A stretch of 64,000 nt of DNA from a bacterium (lineage in GTDB: Bacteria > Electryoneota > Electryoneia > Electryoneales > Electryoneaceae), in contig OY769902.1 in the NCBI GenBank assembly GCA_963669175.1, positions 832,001 through 896,000 of the forward strand, written 5' to 3'. Positions 39,223-50,725 of the stretch are shown one piece after another; the first letter of the stretch is position 1, and each line of letters starts with the position of its first letter. The notes beneath the pieces are model-generated. The model saw only the letters and a program-made list of their open reading frames with translations, did no database searches and was not told the DNA's origin. Both the position numbers and the translations under genes were made by a program.

Positions 39223-40575
39223 CTAGCGAAGGCCTGGTTTTATTTGCTGCCTGGCACGCGGACTGGAAATACGATAAGGGGCAACTTTGTTTTTGTCCAG
39301 TTCTATAACTGCCAGGATAAAACCGATAACAATGGTAACATCCTTTGAAGCATACCCACTGGTAGCCAGCAAATACGTGCCATATTGCAGCAGTAACAGT
39401 TTTGCAGCCAAGTTGAAGATTTTATAGTTGCTCGTTCGTAACAGTTGCAGCCCCAACGCTATCCAACTTCCGCCATACAACAAAAACGCCAATAGCCCCC
39501 AGTTAATCCAGACTTGAATAAAGCTGTTATGGGCAACAGACCCCTTTTCACCCTTACCCGTTTTATCATACTTGGTGCCAACAAACCATGCAGCGTGAAA
39601 ATTCCCTTCACCAACCCCCAGGAGTGCGTACTCAGAAAATTGTTCTAAAGCAGCCGCATAGACACGTTCACGTGAATCCTGTTCCAATTCCTTATCAATA
39701 ATACTGAATGTCCACCGAGACGTTACAATATCAGCAGCGTAATAACTGATGCCAATAATGGCAATAGAAGCATAGACAAAAATCTTAAAACTACTCCCAA
39801 AACCAAATTTAAAACTGAAGTAAATTATCAAGCTACCGCCAAGAAGCATGATAATATATGCTGTACGCGATACGGTCAGAATCAATGAGATACTCGATAT
39901 AAAAAGAGCTACGTATAGAAACCATTTGGGATAATATTTTTTTCCAAAAATAAGCATGATCAATATCATAGACACAGACAATGCATGAAGTACGCCATTA
40001 TAGTTCCAGTTTAATCTAACAAACATCAAAGAATCAACACTTGTTCTTACATAATCAACATTACTCTTGCCAAACAAACCGATAGATGTGAAAGAATAGT
40101 TAGAACCATAGATAATGGAACGTATTATAAAAAAGAACATGAAGTATTTCAAAGCCCTGTAACTGTGTGCCACGGAAGCAATCGAAGCAGCCCCAAACAC
40201 CGTAAAGAAAAGATTGAATACACGTAAATAATAGGAATATGGATGATAAAACTCATTAGCCATAGAATAAACAAACAACAACAACATCAAAACCAAAGAA
40301 GTGTTTGTAATATATCGCATAAATATATGATATTTAAAAGATATGGCATAAACACCAAGAATTACAAATAAATAAAACAATATAGTTCTTCCAAACAGCA
40401 TATATTGATTGAGCGTGTCTGAAGCTGGCGAGAAAATAACAATTAACCCTAACAGAACCATATCAAACGTGAAATTGCTCGAAACATTCTTTGATGAAGC
40501 ATCAAGAAGCCGATAATCAGAAAAGAAAACGGTTTGGTGTTTACTTAAAAGCATATTTTTAGGCGAAACGCGCAT
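39223..40575 (-). CDS. O-antigen ligase/Wzy-like membrane protein
   Basis: Many TMs, SRTA, LLGVGEGNF, AHNSFIQ. Very AT-rich. Confidence 0.8.
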   Translation of the reverse strand: MRVSPKNMLLSKHQTVFFSDYRLLDASSKNVSSNFTFDMVLLGLIVIFSPASDTLNQYMLFGRTILFYLFVILGVYAISFKYHIFMRYITNTSLVLMLLLFVYSMANEFYHPYSYYLRVFNLFFTVFGAASIASVAHSYRALKYFMFFFIIRSIIYGSNYSFTSIGLFGKSNVDYVRTSVDSLMFVRLNWNYNGVLHALSVSMILIMLIFGKKYYPKWFLYVALFISSISLILTVSRTAYIIMLLGGSLIIYFSFKFGFGSSFKIFVYASIAIIGISYYAADIVTSRWTFSIIDKELEQDSRERVYAAALEQFSEYALLGVGEGNFHAAWFVGTKYDKTGKGEKGSVAHNSFIQVWINWGLLAFLLYGGSWIALGLQLLRTSNYKIFNLAAKLLLLQYGTYLLATSGYASKDVTIVIGFILAVIELDKNKVAPYRISSPRARQQIKPGLR

Positions 40576-40745
40576 CTAAAACACCTGTATAGTACAAAAA
40601 ATCTTGAAAAGAATACACCGACGCACACTCCTCGAAAACCCATATCTGTTATACAGGTTGTCTTTCCGAGCAGCGCAAAGTACTCAAAATAGAAAAGATA
40701 AATCAATGCCGCAAAAAGGCAAGATAGTCCTCTTCTGGAGGGGTA

Positions 40746-41999
40746 TTATTGATCCCAGCCACATCGCTGAACAATGAGCTCTGCCGGATGGAGCACTTTG
40801 ATGTGATCGTAACCCCTGTTATGAAAACCTTCCTGAAGTTGCTGGCCACACCCGGGACTGGCTGCAATAACAATACTAACACCCACCTCGATGAAGTGTT
40901 TCACTTTGCGTTGTGTCCATTGCTGGGCTTCTTCCGGGTAGAGGGCAGAAAAGGATCCCCCAAAACCACAACACAATTGGGATTCCTGTGATTCAACGAT
41001 TCTGACACCTGGGAGACGTCCAATCAATTCACGCAGCTTTCCGTGCGCTTTTTGAGTGTGTGTCAAATGGCAGGCATCGTGAATCGTTACATCCAGCGGC
41101 AACTGTTTCGTTTCAGGAAAATGCGGGTCGAGGCGATCGACCAGCAAGCTGGGAAAATCCATTGTTTTCTGTGCAATTTCACGCGCTATGAACGCATAAT
41201 CCTCATCCTCTTCGAGCAACGCGGGGATCTCATGCCGAAACGCTCCGCCGCAGGTTGCGTCTTCAGAGAGAATAAATGTCGGGTTCGCTTCCTGCAAAGC
41301 ATCCAGGTTTCTTTTCGCCAATCGTCTCGCGGTTTCCCAGTCGCCGTTGTTGAAAGCGGGGGCGCCACAACAAACCTGTTCCCGGGGGATAACAACTTCC
41401 GCGCCCAATTGCTGCAAGACTTTCAAGGTAGCCAGCGCCGGTCCGGGAAGGACATAATTGGACATGCAGCCGAGGAAATACGCTACACGCATCCGTCGAC
41501 GCCCCTCCGGCTCAACTGTTTCAGGCAAGCGTTTCAGCAGAGGGGTAGCCTGTAATTTCGGTACAGCCATTCCTCCTGCAACCATTTCGATGATTTTATT
41601 GCCACCGACCTTTTGTGTCATCGAACCCAGTTTCAGGGCTGTTTCAATTTTCCCCGGGTTTTCAAGGGCGTTGAAGACACGCTGTTTTGTCTTTTCGATC
41701 CCAACAGAATCAGCAACAATCTTTCTTGCGGTAATGAACAACAGGTCGGTTTTCACGCCTGCGGGGCATGCTGTTTGACAAGCGTAACAGAGAGTACAGA
41801 AATCGAATGTATCCGGTCCGATGTCTTGAGGGGTGAGATCACCCGCCAGCAAACGTCGCAGCAGGATAATCCTGCCACGAGGGGAAAGCAGTTCACGTTC
41901 TGACAACTGGTATGTTGGACACACCGTGTGGCAGATGCCGCAAGTTACGCAGCGATCAAGTTCTGCGTGCAGTTTGTACAAGTCCGGATAGTTTATCAT
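40746..41999 (-). CDS. GlcF/HdrD-like Fe-S oxidoreductase subunit
   Basis: Two CxxCxxCxxxCP motifs and two CCG domains. Confidence 0.9.
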   Translation of the reverse strand: MINYPDLYKLHAELDRCVTCGICHTVCPTYQLSERELLSPRGRIILLRRLLAGDLTPQDIGPDTFDFCTLCYACQTACPAGVKTDLLFITARKIVADSVGIEKTKQRVFNALENPGKIETALKLGSMTQKVGGNKIIEMVAGGMAVPKLQATPLLKRLPETVEPEGRRRMRVAYFLGCMSNYVLPGPALATLKVLQQLGAEVVIPREQVCCGAPAFNNGDWETARRLAKRNLDALQEANPTFILSEDATCGGAFRHEIPALLEEDEDYAFIAREIAQKTMDFPSLLVDRLDPHFPETKQLPLDVTIHDACHLTHTQKAHGKLRELIGRLPGVRIVESQESQLCCGFGGSFSALYPEEAQQWTQRKVKHFIEVGVSIVIAASPGCGQQLQEGFHNRGYDHIKVLHPAELIVQRCGWDQ

Positions 42000-42112
42000 G
42001 GCGACACTAATATACAACTACAAAGTACCGGCATGAAGAGTGAAAGGCAGGGAATTCAGAAAGAGGATCACTTCACGGATCCAGTATAATCAGGCAATAA
42101 AATCGACAAAAT

Positions 42113-43075
42113 TCATTGTTGCTGTACTGGCACATAAATCAGTTTTTCGAGCAGGCGACCGATAGCGTGAAGCGTTTCGCTGTTACATTGTTCTGCAGTG
42201 TCTGAATGTGAGTGCCTGTAGGGATAATCCTGATCCACAATTGCACATGTTGGAATTCCACCTTTTACCAGGAAAGTGTGGGCTCCCAGTATCCGTTTCC
42301 CCATAGCAACCTGAAACCAGTCCGGTTCTGCGGCATGTGCAGCGACAAATACATTCGTTGTCCATTCCGGGTATTCGGTCAGGCACTGTTCTTCTTCCAT
42401 GAACAGTGGAGATGCAGCGCCAACAGTATTCAGGGTGATTGTTCCAGAAGGGGCGCGTCCGGCGAAATGCGCCGCAAAGAATTCACTTCCTTTACACCAG
42501 CCTTCATAAGAACTGTCAACACCGGATTCTTCCAGGTCAAAAACAACCAGGTCAACTCGAATTGGTGGTGGCTCGATTGCGAAAACACGGGCCAGTTCAA
42601 GCAGAATTGCCACGCCGGAAGTATTGCCGTTGGCGCCGGGGCATGGCTGATCCGAATAGTTGATATCAATTCCACTGCACCAGGAGCGCGTGTCGTAATT
42701 GGCGCAAAGCATCAGTTCGGCTTTGGCTCGTCTGGGACCAAACTGGGCAATAAGATTGATGCCTTTCTGCTTCCGGGTTTTTCCTTTTCCAAGAGGATCT
42801 GTGGGCAGTTTGGCATGGAAAACCTGCTGACGAACCTCAGCGCCACACTGCCTGAACCAGCCTTCGATATTTTCTCTGGCTTTTTCGTGTGCCTCGCTGC
42901 CGGGGTAACGTGGACCAAGCTCCACCAGCTTGTAGAGGAAATAAAACGCCTGTGCGCCATCAAATATTGGTTCGCGTGGCTGAAGGTTCTTCTCTGGTTG
43001 GGCGCACACGATGGAATTTGCAGCGGCAAGAACAATTACAACTGCGCTTGAAGTGTAGATGTACCGTCGAAACAT
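42113..43075 (-). CDS. M28 peptidase/glutaminyl-cyclase-like protein with degenerate metal site
   Basis: ANYDTR, GANGNTSGVAILLELAR, FDLEE, YRHSHSDT. Confidence 0.8.
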   Translation of the reverse strand: MFRRYIYTSSAVVIVLAAANSIVCAQPEKNLQPREPIFDGAQAFYFLYKLVELGPRYPGSEAHEKARENIEGWFRQCGAEVRQQVFHAKLPTDPLGKGKTRKQKGINLIAQFGPRRAKAELMLCANYDTRSWCSGIDINYSDQPCPGANGNTSGVAILLELARVFAIEPPPIRVDLVVFDLEESGVDSSYEGWCKGSEFFAAHFAGRAPSGTITLNTVGAASPLFMEEEQCLTEYPEWTTNVFVAAHAAEPDWFQVAMGKRILGAHTFLVKGGIPTCAIVDQDYPYRHSHSDTAEQCNSETLHAIGRLLEKLIYVPVQQQ

Positions 43076-43076
43076 G

Positions 43077-43289
43077 TCACTCTTTATTGTGCTTCTTCAT
43101 GATTGCCTGCCAGGCAGACTCGTCAAGTTGCTCGGATTCATCGATCAACATTACAGGAATGCCGTCTTCTATGCGGTACATGCGACGGGAATGCGGATCT
43201 GTAGAAACCAGTGTATCACCGTCCAGCACCAGGGACGCTTTTGTCTCCGGGCAGACAAGTATATTCAGCAATTCTTTGTTGAAAGGCAT
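43077..43289 (-). CDS. Trm112/YcaR family protein
   Basis: LLNILVCPETK...YRIEDGIPVMLIDE. Confidence 0.88.
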   Translation of the reverse strand: MPFNKELLNILVCPETKASLVLDGDTLVSTDPHSRRMYRIEDGIPVMLIDESEQLDESAWQAIMKKHNKE

Positions 43290-43487
43290 TTTTCTCTCCA
43301 TGATCGTGGTTGCACAGAGGAGTGTAGGTAGGAAATCGAAATTTCGCAAGCGGAAACAGGGGCAATGCTGATTCGACTCATGAATCGATCCACAAGAATG
43401 ACAAAAAACGGTTTACATCGTTATCAATGCCACTTAGCTTATGTTACGGAGCCGAAGACCGGAAGGCGTATTCGCTGGGAGGATAAG

Positions 43488-44903
43488 ATGAATTCCATGG
43501 ACAGATTTTTCGTTATAACGGGGCTACTCCTCATGGGAGCCTGTTCGGCGTTCGGGCAACTTTCCTATCCGGAAAGCGCGGTTTATGATGGGCTTTACAA
43601 TCGATACCTGGTGTCCAATGTGGGCAACAATACCATTTACCAGATTCAACCGCAGGGTGAAGACAGTGTCTGGGTGAGTGAAGGATTAACCCAGCCAAAA
43701 GGAATGGTTATTGAAAACGGGATTGTTTATGTCACCAATGTGACCGTAGTAAAAGGCTTTAACCTGAATACCGGCGAAGAGGTTTTCTCGCTGACAATCG
43801 AAGACGCAGAAGCGCTCAACGATATCGAAAGTGATGGCGGCTATTTATACGTATCCGATTTCACTGCGAACGTAATATTTCGGATCGACATCGAAGAAGA
43901 AACCGTAGAGACATGGGCTGCGAACGATCTGGATACCCCAAATGGCCTCCTGATTGACCCTGTATACGGAAGGCTTCTGATTGTGTCATTCCGCGATGAT
44001 TCGCCAATTCAAGCTGCCGACCTGGAGACAGGAGTTGTGTCGGATGTTTTACCAACGACCGGGTTCGACAATTTTGATGGGATGGCGCGTGATGGCGAGT
44101 ACAATGTGTACATCTCCTGTTGGGGTACAGGATCTGTTTACCGGTATGACGACGAATTCACCATGGACCCGGTAACCATCTCGGAAGGTCACGATGGCCC
44201 TGCCGATATCTGTTTCAATATTCCGGACAATTACCTTGTCATTCCAAACTTGAACGAAAATACTGTTTCCTTTGTCTATATGGGCCCTCCCGGTGTGATT
44301 TCCATTCCAGAAAACGGGTATGATTTCGGCCAGGTTGAACTGGGTGATTCTGCTTCGTGGATGATGGAAATCGAGAACCATGGTGAAGGTGTACTGGTGG
44401 TACGTGAAGTTGAAAGCTCGATCCCCGAAGTATTTTATACAGTTCCCTTTGATTCGTTTGTGATTGCTGCGGGCGGCAACGAGTATCTCGAGATTCGTTT
44501 TCGACCGCAGGTTACCGAGGGAAGACTGGCTGTTCTGGATATCTCTTCCAGCGATCCGGAAACACCTGTCGTGAACGTCATGGTACAGGGAAGCGGTATC
44601 GATACTGACGTTCCTGATACCCGAAAAGGAATACCGGACTCATACCGGGTCAGCAGTTTATATCCGAACCCTTTCAACCCCGAAACAACATTGGAAATAA
44701 GTTTGCCTGGCAAAACCCGGGTTCACGTGGAGCTGTTTGATGTACTTGGGCGACGAATAAAAACACTCGCTGCGGCACAGATGGAGGCAGGATATCACCA
44801 GGTTCACTTTGATGGATCGAACCTGGCAACAGGGATATACCTAATTCGTGTTTCTGCCCTAGGTTATGGCACGATTACTCGTAAGGCTACACTTGTTAAA
44901 TAG
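43488..44903 (+). CDS. Secreted SMP-30/NHL-like beta-propeller + Ig-like domain + T9SS-type C-terminal sorting domain
   Basis: YPES, PNGL, DGM, ISSSDPETP, YPNPFNPET...FDVLGR...LATGIY. Confidence 0.85.
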   Translation: MNSMDRFFVITGLLLMGACSAFGQLSYPESAVYDGLYNRYLVSNVGNNTIYQIQPQGEDSVWVSEGLTQPKGMVIENGIVYVTNVTVVKGFNLNTGEEVFSLTIEDAEALNDIESDGGYLYVSDFTANVIFRIDIEEETVETWAANDLDTPNGLLIDPVYGRLLIVSFRDDSPIQAADLETGVVSDVLPTTGFDNFDGMARDGEYNVYISCWGTGSVYRYDDEFTMDPVTISEGHDGPADICFNIPDNYLVIPNLNENTVSFVYMGPPGVISIPENGYDFGQVELGDSASWMMEIENHGEGVLVVREVESSIPEVFYTVPFDSFVIAAGGNEYLEIRFRPQVTEGRLAVLDISSSDPETPVVNVMVQGSGIDTDVPDTRKGIPDSYRVSSLYPNPFNPETTLEISLPGKTRVHVELFDVLGRRIKTLAAAQMEAGYHQVHFDGSNLATGIYLIRVSALGYGTITRKATLVK

Positions 44904-45107
44904 GGTATAATGATTTGCTGTTCAGGTTAAACAACTTTGTTCTGTGAAAAGAAGATGGCTGATTGGCAATACAGCAAAACAGAGGTGCAAAGCCTCTGTT
45001 TTTTTATTTGTATTCGTTTTGACCGTTTGAAAGCAAAACTTCATGGGACACATTCTCTGTACTTGCGATATTCTGGTCGGGAATGTGCAACATGAGGAGA
45101 ACGTGTG

Positions 45108-47195
45108 ATGGGACAACTTTACAATGACGGCGGCAAATTCAGTTGGTGGGCCAGCCTGAGCGTCCGGTTTAAATTACTGGGATTTGCGGCGCTGGTTGTT
45201 TCTTTATTGATCATTATCAACACGGTCATGTTCGTAAATATCTTCAGAAGCAACTCTATTACGACTCTGGTGCAAAAAGCTTCTGCCTTTACCGCATCCA
45301 GTGTTTCAACCATGAACCACGTGTCCACACTTCAGAAAACAGCCTCGTTTGACGAAGCATCCCTGGTTCAGGAAGCCGGCGAGATCCTCGCAGAGGGTGG
45401 CGACTATACCACAGCCCGTTTTTTCAAAACCATCCCGGTTGTCGCAGCCTGGCTTTCTACAGAAGCAGCGGCCAACATGGAAGGTATCGAATTCCAGGTG
45501 GCCTCTTTTAATGCACGAAATCCAGCCAACGACCCCAGAAACGATCCTGATACTAAAACAGGGGAATTTCGTGCTGCCCGGCTTACCGAAATGGAATCAG
45601 CAAATGGCGAGTCTGTCTGGGGTATAAACAAGAACAACAACTCCATCCATTTCTTTCGTCCGATTCACTTGAACGAAACCTGCATGATGTGCCATGGCGA
45701 TCCCGGAACCAGCCCCAACGGCGATGGCACAGATCTCCTTGGCTTCAAGATGGAAAACTGGCGACCAGGTCAGCTTCACGGCGCGTTTGAAGTTGTCATG
45801 CCCCTGGATGAGACTGATGCTGCTGTGGCGGGATTCACGATCAAAAATATTGCCTTGAATCTTCTTATCGGCGTAATCATGTTTGCTATTCTCGGGCTGA
45901 TGATCAAACGGTCCGTTCTCGTACCATTACAGAGACTGGGGGCCGATGCCGATGCAATTGCTGCGGGAAAACTGAACCACGAAGTAGTTGTTACCAGCTC
46001 AGATGAAATCGGCAAACTGGGATTTACATTTAAACAGATGGCCGGTGATTTGCGTGTCATGATAGGCGAAATCCTGAATGTCAGCGGCCGTATCGGGAAC
46101 ACGTCCAATACACTGTCCGGCATCTCTGCTACCACAGCATCCAGCGCAGAAGAGATGAATTCACAGGCACAAACAGTCGCTTCTGCCGCAGAACAGATTT
46201 CAACAAATGTCACCACAATCGCAGCGTCAGCAGAAGAAAGCAGCTCACTGGCCGAAAACATCACCCGGATGACACAATCCATGTCATCTTCCATGTATAC
46301 CATTGCCGGCAATGTCGGCGAAACTTCGGCTGGATTAACAAATGTTGCTAATTCTATTGATGAGGTAACCAGTGGTGTCCAGAGCATTGCTACTTCGATA
46401 GAAGAGTTAAGTGCATCAACACGTGAAGTCGAGAGTAACACCTCGAAAGCAAATATCATAGCAACTGATGCCAACCAGCGTAGTCATTATGCTGCGGATA
46501 CCCTTGGCAAGTTTGATACGGTTGTCAAAGAAGTCGCAAAAATTGTTGACACCATCAAGCATATCGCGGACCAGACCAATATGCTGGCGCTCAATGCCAC
46601 TATCGAAGCCGCCGGCGCCGGTGAGGCCGGGAAAGGATTTGCTGTGGTGGCCGCAGAGGTGAAGGAACTGGCACACCAGAGTGCGGAAGCGGCGGACATG
46701 ATCAATGATAAAATTACCGCTATGCTCAGTACAAAAGATGATGTTGATGCTTCGATAGACCAGGTGGCTGAAATTATTCGGAACCTGGCAGAAATCAACC
46801 AGTTTATCGCCGGGGCGACCACTGAACAGTACAGGACGGTTCAGGAAACCGCGGAAATCGTGAGCCGAGTATCACATAATGCCGGGACGGTTACAAACCT
46901 CTCGCAGAACATGTCCGAAAAGGTAGCTTCTATTGCGAAATCCTCGAATGAAACATCAGCGACAGTCGAGGAAGTAGCCAGCAACATCAATGAAGCCCTG
47001 GTTGCCATGAAAGACATTGCCCATATGATTAATGAAGCGGCTTCGGGGGTTGGCGACGTTACCCAGAATGTTCAGGGCATGAGCATGGCAACAGGAGAAA
47101 TTGCCGAGGGTGCAAGCAGAACCAAAGCCTCGGTTGATGAACTGAATACACTTGCTGCCAACCTTCAAAAACAGGTCAGCTCATTCCAGTTGTAA
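45108..47195 (+). CDS. Methyl-accepting chemotaxis protein with heme-c (DUF3365-like) sensor and HAMP
   Basis: CMMCHG motif, [41 protein letters not shown]. Confidence 0.93.
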   Translation: MGQLYNDGGKFSWWASLSVRFKLLGFAALVVSLLIIINTVMFVNIFRSNSITTLVQKASAFTASSVSTMNHVSTLQKTASFDEASLVQEAGEILAEGGDYTTARFFKTIPVVAAWLSTEAAANMEGIEFQVASFNARNPANDPRNDPDTKTGEFRAARLTEMESANGESVWGINKNNNSIHFFRPIHLNETCMMCHGDPGTSPNGDGTDLLGFKMENWRPGQLHGAFEVVMPLDETDAAVAGFTIKNIALNLLIGVIMFAILGLMIKRSVLVPLQRLGADADAIAAGKLNHEVVVTSSDEIGKLGFTFKQMAGDLRVMIGEILNVSGRIGNTSNTLSGISATTASSAEEMNSQAQTVASAAEQISTNVTTIAASAEESSSLAENITRMTQSMSSSMYTIAGNVGETSAGLTNVANSIDEVTSGVQSIATSIEELSASTREVESNTSKANIIATDANQRSHYAADTLGKFDTVVKEVAKIVDTIKHIADQTNMLALNATIEAAGAGEAGKGFAVVAAEVKELAHQSAEAADMINDKITAMLSTKDDVDASIDQVAEIIRNLAEINQFIAGATTEQYRTVQETAEIVSRVSHNAGTVTNLSQNMSEKVASIAKSSNETSATVEEVASNINEALVAMKDIAHMINEAASGVGDVTQNVQGMSMATGEIAEGASRTKASVDELNTLAANLQKQVSSFQL

Positions 47196-47223
47196 TTGTG
47201 AAAGCACAAAGGATTTCTACACG

Positions 47224-47247
47224 CGGCCCTGTTTCGGGCCGTTTTTT
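47224..47247 (+). terminator. Intrinsic terminator
   Basis: cggccc/gggccg stem followed by a T run. Confidence 0.7.
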
Positions 47248-47489
47248 AGCGCTTCTGTATTCAAAGTAACAAATTGATAACCATAGCTTCGGAAGGCGAA
47301 AATAGGGACGGAATCGCAAAAGTCAGCCCATATTTCTTCTTTCGTGAAATCCCACGTTACTGTTAAAACATCTTTTGTCAAGCAGAAGTAGAACTTCTGA
47401 ATACTTTCACTGTTTCAACTCCGCCGGCAAGCATGCGCGAGAGCCAAAAACCAATGTGTCAGAGATCAACTATATAGTTGGAAAAAGAG

Positions 47490-47615
47490 ATGGCAAAAAG
47501 GGACAGTTTCCTTTTCTATGAATACTTCGGGAATATTCTACATAAGCGCGAGGAAAAGGATCCCGTCCCCTTTTCCCGGCAATCTCTATTATGTCGTAAT
47601 AAAATCGAGAACAGC
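47490..47615 (+). repeat. MITE family C right part; EMPTY IS110 target site (AG at 47608-47609)
   Basis: ...aaaatcgAGaacagc, homologous to 8028-8156. Confidence 0.85.
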
Positions 47616-47775
47616 CTTACAAGAACTGTTTTCATCAATACTCATTTTGTCCCTGGTGAATCGTGTTTGTTGGAAAGTTGACTTGGCATAAGACGTCAAG
47701 TTCAATAAAATGAGATATGTCCTGCTTGATAGTACTCGACAAGTGGAACCATTCACTTCATGAGGGAGGGGTGAT

Positions 47776-49014
47776 ATGCACATTCGAAAGCTGTGTTTGG
47801 TAACGGTAGTATTGTTTTTGGTCAGGGTGTATCCGTTGTTCGGTATCGAGTTAATCGGTTATATCGACACTCCGGGTGAAGCCAGGGATGTGGCATGTAC
47901 GGGTGACTACGCTTATGTCGCCTCAGCATACAGCCACCTTGTGATTTTATCCATTTCCGATCCGGCCAACCCCACAGAAATTGGTTCAATTAACCCCGGG
48001 GCATCGACAAAGGGTGTTACTGTTTTGGGAGACTATCTTTACACTTCAAATTGGATCGGTGGCTTATCTGTAATGTCGATTTCCGATCCGGCTAACCCAC
48101 AATTCATGGGAACCTATGATACAGGGGATGATGCTCAGTCCGCTGTCATCAGGGGTAATTACGCCTATGTCGCAGATGGATCAGATGGGATGGTAGTTGT
48201 TTCCATAGAAGATCCCGCCAATCCATCACTGGTGTCGAATTATGCGTATGATGGTGACACACGTGAGGTTGCCCTGTCTGGAGAATATGCGTATTTGGCG
48301 CAGGGGTCATATGGGTTGCGTGTTGTGTCCATTGCTGATCCGGCCGATTTGACAGAAGTGGGTTCATTTGAAACATCGCGTGGCGAAGCTATCGCTGTAT
48401 CTGGGGATTACGCCCTGATGCCGAGCCGAGAAAACGGGTTTTATATACTATCCCTGGCAGACCCGACTACCCCGGAAGAGCTGGGACATGTCATGCTGTC
48501 GAACAATGCTGTTGATGTTGCTGTTTCGGGAACCAATGCTTTTGTAGCGGCACGTGAAAACGGCCTGTATATCATTTCATTCGCCGACCCAACCAACCCG
48601 GTTGTCGTGGATTCATTTAATACCGATGGTACGACAATAGGCGTATATCTCTATAACGACATGGTGTTCCTGTCTGATTATACCAATGGTGTTGTTATCC
48701 TGGATGCTTCAGACTACACCAACACACCTGAGCAGGAACCTCCTGTGCTTACCGGTTGGGAGTTATCTCCTGCCTATCCAAATCCATTCAACGCAACCAC
48801 TCGTTTATCCTATACCATTCCAACTGCGACAGAAATCATGTTTGATGTGTACAACACAAATGGCCGCTTGATTTCCAGAAACGTGCAAGGAGTCCAAACT
48901 GCAGGAAGACATGAATTGGTGTGGCACGCAACTGGTCTTGCAAGCGGCACATATCTGTTACGTGTCAACGCTGGTGGATTTACTCAAACAAGAAGAGTTG
49001 TCCTGATGAAATAA
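47776..49014 (+). CDS. LVIVD-repeat secreted protein with T9SS-type C-terminal domain
   Basis: Repeats of YAYVA...L.VVSI.DPANP and a YPNPFNATT...LASGTY tail. Confidence 0.9.
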   Translation: MHIRKLCLVTVVLFLVRVYPLFGIELIGYIDTPGEARDVACTGDYAYVASAYSHLVILSISDPANPTEIGSINPGASTKGVTVLGDYLYTSNWIGGLSVMSISDPANPQFMGTYDTGDDAQSAVIRGNYAYVADGSDGMVVVSIEDPANPSLVSNYAYDGDTREVALSGEYAYLAQGSYGLRVVSIADPADLTEVGSFETSRGEAIAVSGDYALMPSRENGFYILSLADPTTPEELGHVMLSNNAVDVAVSGTNAFVAARENGLYIISFADPTNPVVVDSFNTDGTTIGVYLYNDMVFLSDYTNGVVILDASDYTNTPEQEPPVLTGWELSPAYPNPFNATTRLSYTIPTATEIMFDVYNTNGRLISRNVQGVQTAGRHELVWHATGLASGTYLLRVNAGGFTQTRRVVLMK

Positions 49015-49033
49015 GCGGTGTTGATGGAGATAT

Positions 49034-49087
49034 CGGGACGGGCAGAAATTCCTAACCTTGAAACATCTGTCTGTCCCGTTTTTTTTT
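49034..49087 (+). terminator. Intrinsic terminator
   Basis: cgggacgggcaga/tctgtctgtcccg stem followed by a T run. Confidence 0.7.
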
Positions 49088-49107
49088 GTATGTATTATGC
49101 TCACCAA

Positions 49108-50001
49108 TCAGGCTTCCAATGTCCTGGGACGTTGAAAGGGTGAAGCAAACAAAGGTGTAGCAGAACGCACAAAGAAAGCGTCTTCGTCGGGTGTTATCGG
49201 CTGTTGTTCCAGATCCGGATGGTCCATCAGGCCCAGCTTATCGGGGGTGAAATGGAAAATGATGTCACTGGTTGGTGGGACCGGAATCGCATGTTGAATA
49301 GCAGCAAAGGAAACAGGTTTGTGGCTGATGATATCATACAGGTGGAGTGTTGTCCCCTGCCACTGCATGAACAACAGGCATTCCGGATCTGACAGCTTGA
49401 AAAGCGAATCCGGCACCAGGTACATGGCATGGAAAAGGAAGATATCTTCGCCTTCCAGAACGCCAAATCTGTTGGATACAGGGACGCGTTGTTTTACAAA
49501 ACGCCTCACCGTTGCACGTATTTCCTCATCATTCAGATCAAGTTGTTCAAGGTCAGTAAAGTCCGCAGTATCTGATTGTAATGCCAGGCTGAAATGGGTT
49601 TCGGTTACCTGTTGAAAATCGAATCGTGGATAGAAGTCAAAGGTGCTGTTGTTGGCAAAGAGGAAGAACAGGTCTGTATCGGCCTTGTACGTCTCTATCA
49701 CCTGTTTCATGAGCGTAGCGGCATGTCCACGGCCACGATATTCCGGGTGAGTCATGACGGTGCCGATCTGGACGGCGCGACGTGGTTTTCCATCCAGCAT
49801 CAGGGTGAACCGGCTGGCAGACACATTGGCGATGGCGGTATCGTTCAGGAAAAGTGAAAAGGGGACATACCAGCTATCCAGGTATCCCAACTGGTAGAAC
49901 TCCTCGAGAGAAAAGCCGAAAACATTGTCCAGCAACCGGTTAAATGCCGTACGATGCTGGTCATTTGCCAGGTAATCGTGTGCCAACCTGATTTCCGCCA
50001 T
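49108..50001 (-). CDS. GNAT family acetyltransferase
   Basis: QIGTVMTHPEYRGRGHA, FLFAN, FYPRFDF. Confidence 0.88.
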   Translation of the reverse strand: MAEIRLAHDYLANDQHRTAFNRLLDNVFGFSLEEFYQLGYLDSWYVPFSLFLNDTAIANVSASRFTLMLDGKPRRAVQIGTVMTHPEYRGRGHAATLMKQVIETYKADTDLFFLFANNSTFDFYPRFDFQQVTETHFSLALQSDTADFTDLEQLDLNDEEIRATVRRFVKQRVPVSNRFGVLEGEDIFLFHAMYLVPDSLFKLSDPECLLFMQWQGTTLHLYDIISHKPVSFAAIQHAIPVPPTSDIIFHFTPDKLGLMDHPDLEQQPITPDEDAFFVRSATPLFASPFQRPRTLEA

Positions 50002-50092
50002 ATTATCTCTCCCTGGGATCCACTTCTGTTTACGAGATAGAAGCAAGATGGGAATAACGAGGATCAGATTTCAACACGACAGAGAAACGTCA

Positions 50093-50347
50093 TCAGGAGT
50101 GAATATTGGAAGAGGCGCCACGTCTAGCCTGCATTCTGTTTCTTATGGATTGATAACCCGTCTGCACACGTGTTTTCATCCCATGCAGCAGCGATCTGGC
50201 CCAAGTAAATTCTGTAGCCAGAATCGCCAGCCCGAGAGCGATAAACAGCAACCCCGGTCCCGGCAATACCAGTAACACGACACCGAAAAGTATCGTGGAT
50301 GTTCCGGAAATAAGCGCTATGGTTTTCTTTAGAGCTGTCGTTGCCAT
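50093..50347 (-). CDS. PGPGW-family small membrane protein
   Basis: LVLPGPGLLFIALGLAILATEFTWA. Confidence 0.85.
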   Translation of the reverse strand: MATTALKKTIALISGTSTILFGVVLLVLPGPGLLFIALGLAILATEFTWARSLLHGMKTRVQTGYQSIRNRMQARRGASSNIHS

Positions 50348-50725
50348 GTGTATCCATGTTGTTTCTTACAAGATGCTACCAATTACACCTTGCATGGCAA
50401 TAGCAGGTTTCGCAAAATTCGCCTGTTCTGAGGTTGGATAGAGCCGGTTGTTTGTCTACAAGGAATTCGCGTTCAACAATGTATCGTGGACGATCATGTG
50501 CCATTGGCAAACCAGAAGCACAACAATCCATTATATTTCATTTTACTTCAGCAATTAAACAGAAGCAGTCATTCTCATGTATTTGTTTGATTACACAATC
50601 CATAATAGTCACATAAGTAGCAAATTTTTCCATAGTTAGCCCCTCTGGAACCGCTACAATGCTATTGTGTTGGTCAGGATAAGGCTGTATACTTTACTCT
50701 GGTTCCTGGAACAACCGGAGACAAT

